A stretch of 64,000 bases of DNA, taken from positions 736,001-800,000 of the forward strand of contig CAWBGA010000017.1 in NCBI GenBank assembly GCA_963788195.1. The letters run 5' to 3'. How positions within the stretch are numbered: the first letter of the stretch is position 1; each line of letters starts with the position of its first letter. Shown piece by piece: positions 31,479 through 43,426 of the stretch. Source of the stretch: Nitrospirota bacterium (GTDB taxonomy: Bacteria > Nitrospirota > Nitrospiria > Nitrospirales > NS-4). The notes below the pieces were generated by a model that did no database searches, was not told where the DNA came from, and saw only the letters and a list, made by a program, of their open reading frames with translations. A program made the translations under genes and the position numbers.

Positions 31479-32952
31479 CTAGAACAGCACCGAGCCCATC
31501 ACGTAGCCCCAGTTCTGATCGGTCGTGACTGGGAGAGGCACCCTGCACGGTGTTCCCATTGGCGGCCGCGTTGTTGATGTAATCCCCGGTAAAGAAGTGG
31601 CCATAGCCGACTTCAAACTTGAACTTCTCTTTGAACGTCCGGAAATAGTGGACGTCGATCTCCTGCCCGATAGAGGCGGCCGTGTTGTTCGACACCTGAC
31701 TGATCCATACACAACCTGTCCGGCTCGATACCAATTGTCCTTACTGTTTGCCAGCCGGTGAATGATGAAGTTCACCTGTACCTTGCTGACCGGGTCCGGC
31801 TTCACATCGAAAACGACCGCATAGTTCACCATGTTCTTCCAGGCCATCAGATCCATGTAGCCGTAGTGGAAGTGGTTGGTCGGATAGAGGTTATCGAACG
31901 TGTTGGCGCTGGCCGGCAGAGTGCGTCTTGCACAGTTGTCGCCCGCACGAGGCATAGTCAACTTCACAGCCGATACGCGGTTTCATCGGCACGGGTTCGA
32001 AGGTGTAGCCAACCTTCACTGCCTCGGCGTGCGCATTAATGTGCACGTTATGTCCTGGAGCCCCGAAGTACCACTGTCGTTGCGCCGCCGAACTGCCAGG
32101 CCCCTTCCAACGTGGCATCCAGGCCGCCGGCCTTGCCGTTCAGTCGAGCGCCCAGGGTGCTTCGCGTCTGGTTTGGCGCTTGCGGAGTTGCATTAGTACC
32201 GTTGATACTTGTGGTTCCGGCAGAGCGCTGCCCGGTGATCCGCCAAGAGGAAGTAGTACGGCTCGATGGTCCAGTTCGGCACCGGCTTCAATGGTGAGAT
32301 AGGCGCCGTAGATGTCCTGATCTGTGCTCGCTTTGGTGCCAGTTCCTGGAAAGATGACCCCGTGGTTAGCCCCATTCGCTTCCGTGTCGGCGATCCGCGC
32401 CCAGAACAGATCCAAATCCGCGAAGGGTGCGGAATGGGTCAACCGGGCCCCATCAAACGAGTTGCCGATCTGGCTCCACCCAAAGTTGCCGAACAGCCGG
32501 TGGTCCCCGAAGATGATCTCCTGCCGGCCGAGCTTCGCGCTCAGACCAGGCGTCAGGATGTTCTTGACCAGGATATAGCCCTGGTGGAGATCAACCCCTG
32601 TATTGTTCAGGTTGGCCGACGAGACCGCACCGATCCCGCTCGTCGTGGCAGGAGTTAGTACGCTTCACTTCCCCAAAGCCGAGCATCCTGGATCTGCGCA
32701 AAGAAGATCACATCGGGCGTGAGATCATATCCGACGTTGATGCGCACCCGATGACTGGCCGCGCTCTCATTTGATGGTGTGGCCACCAAACGTACCGCCG
32801 ACCCGGTACTCGTACCTGATCCGCGCCTCGCCGCCGATGGTCAGCTTGTCCACGTCGACTTTCGCGAATGCGGGATCAGTGGCCACCATGCCTCCGACCA
32901 TCGCAAACGCCCCCAGGGCGAACCACCCTGATAGCTTCCTTCCCATGTGCAT
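31479..32952 (-). CDS. Alginate-export-family outer-membrane porin; several indels
   Basis: Signal peptide, GGEARIRYEYR, GRQEIIFGDHRLFGNFGW, FDNLYPTNHFHYGYMD, GQEID, C-terminal ...GSVLF spread over successive frames. Confidence 0.85.
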
Positions 32953-33235
32953 AGCAACCCTCCTGTTAATATTGTGTGCTGTGCGCCGTCCCCGTGCCGC
33001 ACAGCGCCTATCCTACGCTCCCCATCGTGGCGTGACGCACAGCACAGGCACACTCCGCAAGGCAGCTGAAACGCTGCCGCATAGGACACCCTTCCGGCGA
33101 TTTCTGCCGACAGTTTAAACTTTTCCGATATCACGAGAACTCCATCCGTCTTAAATCGATACCTCAGCAATCCCTCGTAAATGAACTCACGTTGATACCA
33201 TCGTTAAGGCTTCATCTAATACGTGAGCCGGCGGC

Positions 33236-33264
33236 ATCCTACCTTATGATTTTTCGAATATCAA
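33236..33264 (-). promoter_or_regulatory. Putative sigma70 promoter of the porin (TTGATA-N17-TAGGAT)
   Basis: Minus strand TTGATA (33264-33259), 17 nt, TAGGAT (33241-33236). Confidence 0.4.
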
Positions 33265-33272
33265 GAAAATTT

Positions 33273-34686
33273 TTATGTAACGAACGAGAACCGATAATAA
33301 TCGATATGGGGGGGGTCGGTGCATGAACCGCCTAGAAGTTCCTGAATGCCCAGTTTTGAGAATCCTAGCGCTTCTAACTCGGGAAGCGTCGCGAGGACTT
33401 CGTCTTCTGTGAGATAGGCCGTCGTATCGGGGGCTGCGCGAGAGGAGAGATCGTGCATGATGCGGGTCATGTCCGCGCGTTCAGTTTCAGGAACATCGGG
33501 ACGAATCGGAAAGTCAATGGTCCTGCGGTATGGTGAGCGGTACACTCCGCTGAGCGCTTCCAGCGTCCGAAGTATGAGGCGATCCCGTTCCCAAGCCTTG
33601 AGCTTGCCCGGAAACGGATAGGTATTAAAAAGCTCCGGAAGCGTCAGGACATTTTTTCCCAGCTGACGCGCGACATACTCTTTTTGAGTCTCTACCGAGA
33701 CCCCCTCGAGACTCAGACGTTGGGCAACGGCCTTACACAGGGCAAAGTTCACCATAAAGGTGTACTGGCCGCCAAGCAGGCTGTAGCAAGGCTTGTCGGG
33801 GTCCCCAATGATGTCCGGGTCAGGGGTGCCGGCATCAAAGCTGATGAAGCGGCCACCCGGCTGTAGCAAACGCTTGGCTTCATTCATCGTTGCGAAGGCA
33901 CCAAGATTCACAGGAACCAGCACCAGTTCCTCAATCGGCTTTAAGAATTCAGCGATGGTTTTGCGATAAGGAACCCGCTTCCAGTCCACAGGGTGGTAAT
34001 CTTTCTCCCAGATGATCTCTTCAAGGAAAGGCGGCTGGTTCTTGAGTCGCTCCAGATTCATTGCGCCGAAGTCTTCGACGAGGCCGAACCAGTCTTGATA
34101 TTGCTTCGTTTTGGCGGCACTGAGATTCGGTCGCATCTGCTCTTCAGGATGTCTCCTTCTTTGCGCAACATGACCTTGGTTGGAAGGTCGTTCCACAGCT
34201 CATTGCTGACAATCCAATGGACGCTCTTATCTTTGATCCCTGAGAGGTTCTGGACATCGGCTTGCACCGCGAAAACCCGTGACCGATGGGCTTGCAAGTC
34301 TGGATGGGTCAACGCCAAACGCAAGGTCTCCGCGTTATTGTCAATCAGGCAGTACCGAATCCGGCTGTATAGCTCCCGGCCGTATCCAAGGTTTTGAGGT
34401 GCGAAAGAAAACAGGCCGCGAGATTGCCGTTTCCAGCGCCCCATTCTTGAATCACGACCGTCGTGGGCAGATCTCGTCGTGTCCGATGCTCCATATAGAA
34501 CTCGTCAGCAAGGGCATGCGCGAGCCGATAGTCACCACTCGCCATGGTCTGGGAGTAGTCCCGGAGACGGCCGCCCTGCAACCCATAGAACAGAGTGTTC
34601 AGGTGGGCCTGCCACTGATCAACAGGCTTGAACTCACCGAGACACTGAGGGGGAGTCTCTTCCTTCGTAGTGGGCGGGAGGTTCAC
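33273..34686 (-). CDS. SAM-dependent methyltransferase, MidA/NDUFAF7-like; indels near 34350 and 34140
   Basis: EWGAGNGNLA (motif I), Y.LID, VSNELWNDLP, GRFISFD across three frames. Confidence 0.7.
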
Positions 34687-34975
34687 GGCCGCGGGATTCT
34701 AGCAAAACATGTTTACCAAGACAACCAAAGCGCCGCTTCCCAAATTAGGGAAGAGAGAATGGAGGTAGACTGCTTGGGAGACGGCAAGGGGCGGAGTCGT
34801 TGTTCTATTGAAACTGGAGCAAGCCGAAGTGTCGGAAAGGAGTGAGCGATAGCCTGCGTGATAGTAGCACAAGAGTCCTCTGTGATTTAGAAAAGGGATA
34901 GGAGTATTCGAAGGCGTTGGGGGTGCGGTCGGAGAACACGCAAGAGCCTCAAGTGTAATAGCTGGGCTACTAGGA

Positions 34976-35167
34976 GTGAAAATCCTCTTTGACGGAGCGT
35001 ACTGCAGGCCGAGGATGTTAGATCACGTTCGACTGCACATTTTTGGAGCAGAGAATGACCGTTATCTTGTCAGAGCAGCGTTGAGACGACCTGGATCAGA
35101 ATCTGCAGCTACCAGCGGGAGCAACAGAGGTAGCTTCAGGCGTCTCGTCGTTTGCACAATAGTGTAA
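34976..35167 (+). pseudogene. Possible decayed DUF5615/PIN-like gene
   Basis: GTG start MKILFD, later ND..LVRAA and, out of frame, T-T-x-D-Q-N-L...Y-Q-like fragments. Confidence 0.25.
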
Positions 35168-35236
35168 TATCAATTTTGAGAATCTCCTTGACCTGAACGG
35201 GGTTTGTTAGATAGCTTTCCAGAAACTGGAGTGTCT

Positions 35237-35967
35237 ATGGCGGATTCACCCCGCGGCTCTCGGTGGTCATTCCCATATTTAATGAGCGGGACAATTTGCA
35301 TCCGTTGACCGCCCAAGCCCTGAAGGCTCTGACTGGTCAGGTGTCGTCGTTTGAACTTATCTACGTCGATGATGGGAGTACTGACGGAAGCAGCGGCCTT
35401 CTCGATCAACTCGCCGACAATCATCCAGAAGTTCGTGTCCTCCATTTTGACCGAAATTACGGACAGACCGCCGCCTTCGATGCCGGCTTTCGCCTTGCGC
35501 GAGGGGAAGTCATCGCGACTCTTGACGGGGATCTACAATTCGATCCGGCCGACATTCTGCGGCTGTTACCCCTTTCTGAACGTTATGATCTGGTCTGCGG
35601 ATGGCGCCGTGATCGTCATGACACTTTTGTCAAACGACTCTCATCGCGACTCGCAAATTTCATCCGTAACGTCTTCACACGCGATGGAGTCCACGACACG
35701 GGGTGCTCTCTAAAAGTCTTCCGCCGCGCGGTAGTGGAACGCCTGGCGCTTTTCGAAGGAATGCACCGGTTTTTTCCGGCTTTGGCGCGGATGCATGGAT
35801 TTAGCATTACCGAGATTCCGGTGCACCATTATCCACGGGCTCACGGCGAGTCGAAGTACGGCATCGGGAATCGAGTGTTCAAAAGCCTTTACGACTTGAT
35901 CGCAGTCAGGTGGATGCAGAAGCGCTGCCTGCGGTACGGTTACGGAAAACGCGATGAGCGCGACTGA
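35237..35967 (+). CDS. GT2 polyprenol-phosphate glycosyltransferase (ArnC-like); 5' indel
   Basis: VVIPIFNE, VDDGSTD, NYGQTAA, TLDGDLQFDP, DTGCSLK, HRFFPAL. Confidence 0.9.
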
Positions 35968-36253
35968 AACGGTATGGGTGTCCGTCGGCTTCCTTGGCCA
36001 AGGTCTGTTCTTCATGCGGTGGGTCGTGCAATGGTGGAAGTCCGAGCGCGAGGGCGCGAGCACGATTCCGATCGGCTTTTGGTACTTGAGCCTTATCGGG
36101 GGGCTGATCACCCTCGCCTACGCGATTTATCGAAGGGACCCGGTATTTATCACGGGCCAAAGCGTCGGAGCGGTCGTCTATCTTCGGAACCTTATGCTGA
36201 TCTATCGAAACAAGACTCCTTTCAACCTTGCCGAAATCCACGCTCCTCCTTTA
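35954..36253 (+). CDS. Lipid A biosynthesis N-terminal domain (LAB_N) membrane protein
   Basis: GFLGQ.LF..RW.VQW..SE...S.IP..FWYLSL.GG...L.YAI.R.DPVFI.GQ...VY.RNL. Confidence 0.8.
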
Positions 36254-36267
36254 GCCCACCCACTTAA

Positions 36268-37936
36268 TGGGGCAACGCGCCCATCCTTTTGTTCTTATGA
36301 TTCTGTGTGCGCCCTGTTCTTCTATGGACTGGGAAATCTTGGCCTGACCGACCGCGATGAGGGCTCCAACGCCGAAGCGGCTCGTGAGATGCTGCAGAGT
36401 GGCGATTGGATGACCCCGACGCTGAACGGGGCTCCTCGCTTCGCCAAGCCAGCCCTTATTTACTGGCTGATCTCGGGTACATACCGGCTGTTCGGGGTCA
36501 GCGAATTCACAGCCCGCGTCCCGTCGGCTCTCTTTGGGACCGGACTCATTCTTCTGCAGTATTACTTTGCCAAGCGATTCCTCGGGCCGGTCATCGCGTT
36601 GCGGGCCGCCGTGATCCTGTTGTTGAACTTTGAGATTCTCGCAATCGGGCGAATGGTCCTGACGGACATGGTCCTCATCTTCTTTACGACCCTGAGCATC
36701 TTCAGTTTCTTTCTGGGCTTTCATGGACAGGGAAGGGCGAAGCGGTGGTACTGGATGTTCTATATCGGAATGGCGCTGGCCACGCTTACAAAGGGTCCGG
36801 TCGGTGTGCTCGTGCCTCTGCTCGCGGTGATTCCCTACCTTTTCTTCACCAGACGATGGCACTCGGGCCGGCAGTTTTTGGCGGAGGGCCATCCGGTCGC
36901 AGGGACTGCGGTCTTCTTCCTGATTGCCGCTCCCTGGTACACCGCCATGTTTGCCCTGCACGGATCTGCCTATCTTGAATCCGCCCAAGGTGACACGATC
37001 ACCCGGTTCTTTTCGGTCATCGGGGGACATGGGGGAACCCTTCTGTTCTATATCCCGATCCTTTTCCTGGGCTTCTTTCCCTGGAGCGGTTACCTTCCCG
37101 CGGCCCTCATTGCAACCTTACGGCCCCATGGAAAAGACGCCGTCACGGAAGCCCAAGCACTCGCAGTGCTTTGCGCAGTGTGGATCTTGGCCGTCTTTGT
37201 GTTCTTTACGGTTTCGTCCACCCGGCTTCCACACTACATCGCGCCGCTTTTTCCTGCCGCCGCCCTCCTCGTCTCGATGTGGTGGGTCCGATTGCAGACC
37301 GACGCGGGGTGGATGGGAAAACTGACCCTGATGGTGACTCTGTTCTTTGGTTGTTTGCTCGGGCTCGCCTTCATCGGAATGGACTGGGCCTATGATCACT
37401 TTATCACTCAGATCACACGTGAATTTCCCGCGGCAAATCAGATTGACCCCGGCTGGGCCCCAATGGCCATCGGCTTTTCGATTCTGGCTGGAACCGGACT
37501 GTTTGCCTACGCGGTCATGGAACGGTCGCCTGCTTTTAGTTTTACCGTTGCGTCAATCATGATGGGGGTCGTGGCGGGACTGACGATCATGGTGATCCTA
37601 CCTCGTTTCAACACATACTTTATCGCCCCCGCACAAGATCTCGCCGCCATTGCCGGTCTGAACTTGGAACCGAACGATACGCTCATCGCCTATGGCCGGG
37701 CGAAGCCCAGCCTTCTCTTCTATGCCAAACGGGAATGCAGCAGGACAAGACCCTGCATCGAATTCATCAAACCCGGCGAGGAGCAGAAGATGGATTCCCT
37801 CTTGAAGCGCCCGGGACAGATCATGATCGTGACGCAGGATCGATTGCGGAACAATCTGCCGGGGGATGCCTCCGGTTTTCCCCTTGCGTTGAGTCGACAC
37901 GGCTACGTGTTGCTGGCCAAGAAGCCGACCTTCTGA
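36268..37936 (+). CDS. ArnT-like GT39/GT83 membrane glycosyltransferase (in frame with LAB_N in this assembly)
   Basis: DRDEG...AAREM...GDW.TP.LNG.PRF.KP, ARVPSA, LTKGPVG, FFPWS, RLPHYI.P. Confidence 0.88.
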
Positions 37937-37937
37937 G

Positions 37938-39341
37938 ATGAACCTCCGAGTCCTCTTCATGTGTCTTATTGTCGGCGCCTCGACTGTTTGCGCATATGAA
38001 TCACGTGCGATCACAGACCTTGACGCCCAGATTTCCAGGGAGCGCCTCTTGGAATCAGTCCGAGCCCTTTCGGCATTCGAAGGGCGGCAATCCGGCACCC
38101 CCGGAGGCGAAGCGGCAGCGGACTACATTGCTCAGCGCTTGCCGGCAGTCGTCCGTCAGACGTTTCCGATTGATCCTGTGGTCACATCAACCGTTCAGGC
38201 CGAGGTCGAGTCCGGCGGCGACGTGAGGACGCTGGTGAACGGGATCGATTTTCTCCCCGTTCTGGGTGGTGCCCGAACAGCAAAGATCGCCGCTCCCGTG
38301 GTCTTCGTCGGCTACGGCATCGCTGATCCTGAACACGGCTTGGACGAATATCAGAACGTTTCCGTCACAGGCAAGATCGTGCTGTTCCTGCGAGGTCAGC
38401 CGAAACGCTATCAGGGACGATTTCTGCATGTTGACAAAGAGAGAGCCGCGAAGGCGCGCGGCGCGGTCGGCTATCTCATTGTCACCGGCCCTATCCTGAG
38501 CGCCTATGAGCAACGACGGGGGATGAGCACAGAACCTATGGCGTTCTATACCGGCGAGAGCGATTCTCCTTTGCCCGGCCTCTGGATTACGCCGGCCCTA
38601 GGGAATTTCCTGCTCAAACCGATCTCCGTCACCCTCGAGTTGTTCCAACAGGAATCACGCAACCGATCCAGCGAAACAGAAAGCACAATCACCCTGAGCT
38701 TCCAACAACGCCGCCTCACTTCGACGGCGACAAACGTCGTCGGCTACTTGTCGGGCTCAGCTCCGCAGCTCAAACAGGAGACAATTATTCTCGGCGCGCA
38801 CTATGACCATTTCGGGAACCAAGGCGGAATCCTGTTCCCCGGAGCCGACGACAACGCCTCGGGCACAGCCGTCCTCTTGGAAGTGGCACGCGTCCTGACC
38901 GGAAAAGCCCGAACGAAACGAAGCATCATTTTCATCGCCTTTGCGGGGGAAGAGCAGGGATTGCTGGGTTCGAAGATGTACACATCCCATCCGGTAGTGC
39001 CGCTTGGCTCGGCCTCATCCATGATCAATGTCGACCATGTCGCAGCCGGGAACGGCAAGATCGCCATCGGGCTTTCCGGGATTGACAAGTCAATAGCTCA
39101 AGCGGCAGCCGACGGGGCAGGATTGAGTGATCGGATTGAGCTCTTCGGGTTTTTCCCAGGCGGCGATCATGTGCCATTCAATGAGGCCGGGATCCCCACG
39201 GCAGCCATCTTCAGCTCCGGCGGGCATCCTGACTTCCATCGTCCATCTGATACGCCCGAGCGGATTCGCCCGGAGATCCTTGTCTCAGCCGCGCGATATA
39301 CACTCGCGGTCCTCCTGATGCTCGCAAATCTTGAGCCTTGA
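37938..39341 (+). CDS. M28-family aminopeptidase with PA domain
   Basis: GAHYDH, GADDNASGTA, FAGEEQGLLGS, MINVD, GDHVPF, DFHRPSD; signal peptide. Confidence 0.92.
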   Translation: MNLRVLFMCLIVGASTVCAYESRAITDLDAQISRERLLESVRALSAFEGRQSGTPGGEAAADYIAQRLPAVVRQTFPIDPVVTSTVQAEVESGGDVRTLVNGIDFLPVLGGARTAKIAAPVVFVGYGIADPEHGLDEYQNVSVTGKIVLFLRGQPKRYQGRFLHVDKERAAKARGAVGYLIVTGPILSAYEQRRGMSTEPMAFYTGESDSPLPGLWITPALGNFLLKPISVTLELFQQESRNRSSETESTITLSFQQRRLTSTATNVVGYLSGSAPQLKQETIILGAHYDHFGNQGGILFPGADDNASGTAVLLEVARVLTGKARTKRSIIFIAFAGEEQGLLGSKMYTSHPVVPLGSASSMINVDHVAAGNGKIAIGLSGIDKSIAQAAADGAGLSDRIELFGFFPGGDHVPFNEAGIPTAAIFSSGGHPDFHRPSDTPERIRPEILVSAARYTLAVLLMLANLEP

Positions 39342-39352
39342 TCTTGTTGTCA

Positions 39353-40412
39353 TCACGAGGCGAGCGGCAATATCCCTTGGAGGAACCGCAGCAGAAGGAT
39401 CACCAACACGGCAGCGCTCGCAGCAATGACTTCGCCTCTCCAGTCAAGCATGGTTTGTGTTTTCTTCCTTGAGAACCATCCATTAAAAGACCTATTCTCA
39501 AACCGATAGAACTGGATCAGCTGCGGCAAATAGGCCGCCACGATGAGGGCAGCCATCCACCACGGAGCGCATGCGACCGCGATCCCCAGAAGCAGGCTTG
39601 CAATGCCGACAGCCCGTAGGACCGGCTGGGCGCTGCCGTGAAGGCCGCCCCACAGCCGACACAGCAACCCAAATAAGACGAACCCACCTCCGACTGCGAG
39701 GTGGAGCCTCTCCTGAGGCCATGGCGGCGCCCGATGGAGGATAATCCAGATCACGAAGAACGTAACCACAACCCATGGCAGGCCAACACGTAGTAGCTGG
39801 GGAAGCGCTTGGTCTCTCCAGTGAATGACTCTTACAGCGGCGAGGCTTCCAACGAGTAATCCCTAAGATCGCCCCTGTATACACGTCGGTCGGAAAATGT
39901 GAGCCCCGCAGGATCCGGCTGATTCCGACGAGACCTCCAACTAAGAACAGGGATCCACCAAGTTTCGGGAAAAAGCGTGTGAGCACCGCGGCGGCGGCAA
40001 ACGCGTTTATGGTATGTCCCGACGGGAAGGAATCGAGTCCTGAGATCAGGGACGGTCCGAAGACGACTTCGTCGCCGTGGGCAAAGCGCGGGCGTGGCCG
40101 CCCAATAAGGTGTTTTATGACCTGCACCATGACGGTGACCAGGAAAAGGGCAATAAGGCCTCGCACCCCGACCTCTTTCAACCGGTCCTGTTTCCACCAC
40201 CACCCCGCCAAAGCCAGGACGGCAAACAGCACTCCAATGACGACGCCCTGACCAATGACAGCCACGAAATCGCCGATTCGGTTCACGACATGGATGTCGA
40301 AGGAACGGACAAACCGCGCCGTGGGCATGTCCAACTCGTGAAGCTTGAAGCCAATGACTATTAGGATGGCGACGGACGACGCGCTGAAGAAAAGCTCTCC
40401 CCACCGCCTCAT
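39353..40412 (-). CDS. PAP2 phosphatase (LpxE/LpxF/UppP-like) with C-terminal TM extension; indel near 39830
   Basis: K...GRPRP, SFPSGH, SRILRGSHFPTDV. Confidence 0.8.
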
Positions 40413-41455
40413 GGCACCCAGTCGGCCAGAAAGATATTGAATTCCCGTTTCTCCTTGGCCCCTCGGTCCGACACCCAAACGACCTTTGTTCCATCGGGGG
40501 AGAACATGGGAAAGCTGTTGAACCGGCCTTCGTAGGAGAGTTGCTCCAGCCCAGTGCCATCGTCATTGATCAGAAAGAGATCGAACTTTCGTCTCTCGGG
40601 GTCTTTGACATTCGAGGAGAAAATAATGCGCCGGCCATCCGGGTGAAAGAAGGGAGCAAAGTTCGCGGCGCCGTTTTTCGTGATCTGTTGGTGATGGCCG
40701 CCGTCGGCATCCATGATGAAAATTTCAAGCTTGCTCGGCTCGACAAGATTCTGAGCCAGTAACTCTTTGTAGTGGTCGACTTCGGCCGGTTCAGTCGGAT
40801 GGTACGCGCGATAGACGATCCGTTTGCTGTCGGGGGAGAAGAAGGGGCCCCCGTCATAACCGAGAGCCGAGGTCAAGCGCCTCACGTCGGTCCCGTCCAG
40901 ACGCATCGAATAAATATCCAGATCTCCATCGCGGACCGAGGTAAAGACGATACGCGAGCCATCAGGAGAAATGGTGGCTTCGGCATCATAGCCGGACGTT
41001 GCCGTCAAACGGACAAGACTCTCGCCACGGAGGTTCGCCGTGAAGATGTCGTAATCGTCCAGCGCCCATACGTACCGTCTTTGCGCGCTTGGCTTTGGTG
41101 GACAAAGCGGGCTTTTCAGATGTGTTGAAGAAAACAGCACGCGCCGATCGCCCGGCAGGAAATAGCCGCATGTCGTGCCCCCTTGCCCCGTGCTGACCAG
41201 ACGCACCTCTCCGCTTCCCAGCTACATGACATACTGCTGATAACAATCCCGCCCATCCCGCGTGGATTGAAAAATCAAGGACGTGCCGTCAAAGGAGAAG
41301 TACGCTTCCGCGTTCTGGCGTCCCGCCGTGAATTGCCGGATGTTGCTGAAGTGTCGCTCTGTGTGTGTGATGCCTGGGGCGTCGAGAGCCTGAGACCCAC
41401 TCGTACACCCAATGAGAATGGATGCCAGCGCGACGAGGAGAGGAGCACGGATCAT
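40409..41455 (-). CDS. TolB-like PD40 beta-propeller lipoprotein; indel near 41215
   Basis: Lipobox LIGC, NAEAYFSFDG, GYDAEATISPDG, GYDGGPFFSPD, FPMFSPDG. Confidence 0.85.
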
Positions 41456-41464
41456 GACTGCCCG

Positions 41465-43426
41465 TCACTGTTCTTTCTTGCCGGCGCGCAGAAGCGGCGG
41501 GTCATCGTCCTCGCTGCGTGCGACTACTTTGCCGTTCTCAAATACGACATAGGTATTCCAGCCATAAAAGAATAGAAGGGGGGCGATCGCCTTTGCCGCC
41601 CCCGGCGTCAAGCCGTAGAAGATGCTCACAACATGTGCCGGGATCGTCAGGATTTCTGATCGAAAGAAGGAGCGCGTTTCCAGCATTGGAATACTCTTTT
41701 CCGCCGACGCGAAATGCTTGGGGCTTGAGGCTCATGCCATCCGGAAGGGCCTTCTGCGCCCATTCAAACACTGGACCCGCCGCCGGCCCCCCTAAAAGCA
41801 GAATGGAAGTGGAATTCGCGTTTCCCAATCGACTATCCGACGCGGATGAAATCGTTACATTGTCCTGCATCGAAATCCGTTCAGCAATTTCACGGTACGG
41901 ATCCACCGTGTTGGATGCTCCGTCGGCAAGAACGACTATTCGCTGAGGATCCGTCACGAAGAGGTTCAGCATGGCAGGCAGGTCGGCTCGAGGAATTCTC
42001 CGAAACAGATTGAAGTCAGGATCAGCCGACTGCGGAATGTTCAGAGCGCCGGGTTGTTCGATCCAACGGGTGAAGAACGGACGCAGATCCCGGGAAGCGG
42101 TCTTGCTGAATAGCGTTTCAAGATCACCCCACCCGACACGCCGGCCTCCATATCTGCCGGCAAGCTGCTTGATGGCTGCAAAGAACGCCTCGTTCCCAAT
42201 CTCGTGGCGCAGCATATGAAAGACCATCGCGGGCTTGCTGTACCCGATGGCGCTGTCGCGCTGATCCGATTTTCTGTTTGAACCGGGCGACGGCGTAATC
42301 CTGCTCAGGGGACACATAGACCGCGTAATTGTAGAGCATCATGCGGCGTTCCGCGCGGGCTTTCTCCCGCTCGCCTTGCATCTCATGCCAGTAATAATTC
42401 GCCAGGTAGGTCGTCAGGCCCTCTACCCAGTTTCCGCCTTCGTCATTGTAGACATAATTGCCAATCCAGGAATGTACGATTTCATGACCCAAGGCATATG
42501 GCTGAACATATCGACGGCGAATAGACCCGGACCCGAGCAGAGTATAAGAGGGCAGGCCCAAACCGCTGGCGAAAAAAGTTCTCCACAACGGAGAAGCGGG
42601 CAAACGGATAGGGCCCGAGGAGCCTACATAGGCGCGTAGATAGCTGCATGCCGAGCTGAGATAAGTCTCGGCAAGGGATTGATCATCCGGGATAGAGGTA
42701 TGTGGCGGTCTAATCCCATCACAATTGCGTGTCGTGACCAGATACTGGCCGGCGGTCAGCGTAAGCCCTTGAGCGGGCGCCGCGAGTCTCCAGGTCGTGA
42801 TCGTGGCGACGGGGTGACTTCACGCTTCTCCAGGTTGCCCTGCCCGCCGTTTCCCATTTGGCGGGGTCGTCACCGGTCGCTCGATAGACGGCAGACGAAT
42901 GCGGCGAGATCCGGGTACCAGGCCGTCTCGGGCCCGATGTAGACGCCTTCAGGATCCAATATGTCCGGAGGTTTCACTCGGCGTGACAAAGCGAAGATGC
43001 CGCGGCTCCCTTGGGGGATCATTCAGCTCGCCCGCATAGTCAAAATCCAAGACCAGCCTCTCGCCGTCTTTTGCGGCTGCGATCCAAATCAACACAATCT
43101 CATGGACCAGCCGGGGATCAGACTTCATTCGAGCCGATCGGAGCCTACCCGGAAGTGCCCGCGGATGAAACGAGAGCAGTTTCCCTTCTGGGAGATCCAC
43201 GCGACCACAAGATGTTTGTTCAGCCGGAAGGCAAGCGTCTGTGCTTCGCTGACTCGCCTGGAGCTCCACACGATCCATAACCTGACCGGTGAGATGACGG
43301 CACGAGGTGACCTTGAGATCATGGCTCAGGACATGGATGTCTGCAGCTTGTGCGTCGGCAGAACCCGGACAATGCCGCCAGAGAGAAGAAGGATCGCCAG
43401 CGTTCCCGGACGAGAGGCAAGTTCAC
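41465..43426 (-). CDS. Exported M1-family (gluzincin) aminopeptidase-like protein; several indels
   Basis: HEIVHSWIGN...WVEGLTTY, GY.KPAMVFHMLR; signal peptide at 43426. Confidence 0.8.

Noticed and set aside
35954..37936. LAB_N-ArnT fusion as a novel architecture
   Set aside because: The junction reads as out-of-frame sequence. A near-stop (CCTTTAG) and an ATG at 36268 leading to a hydrophobic helix suggest two genes joined by indels; this needs polishing to settle.
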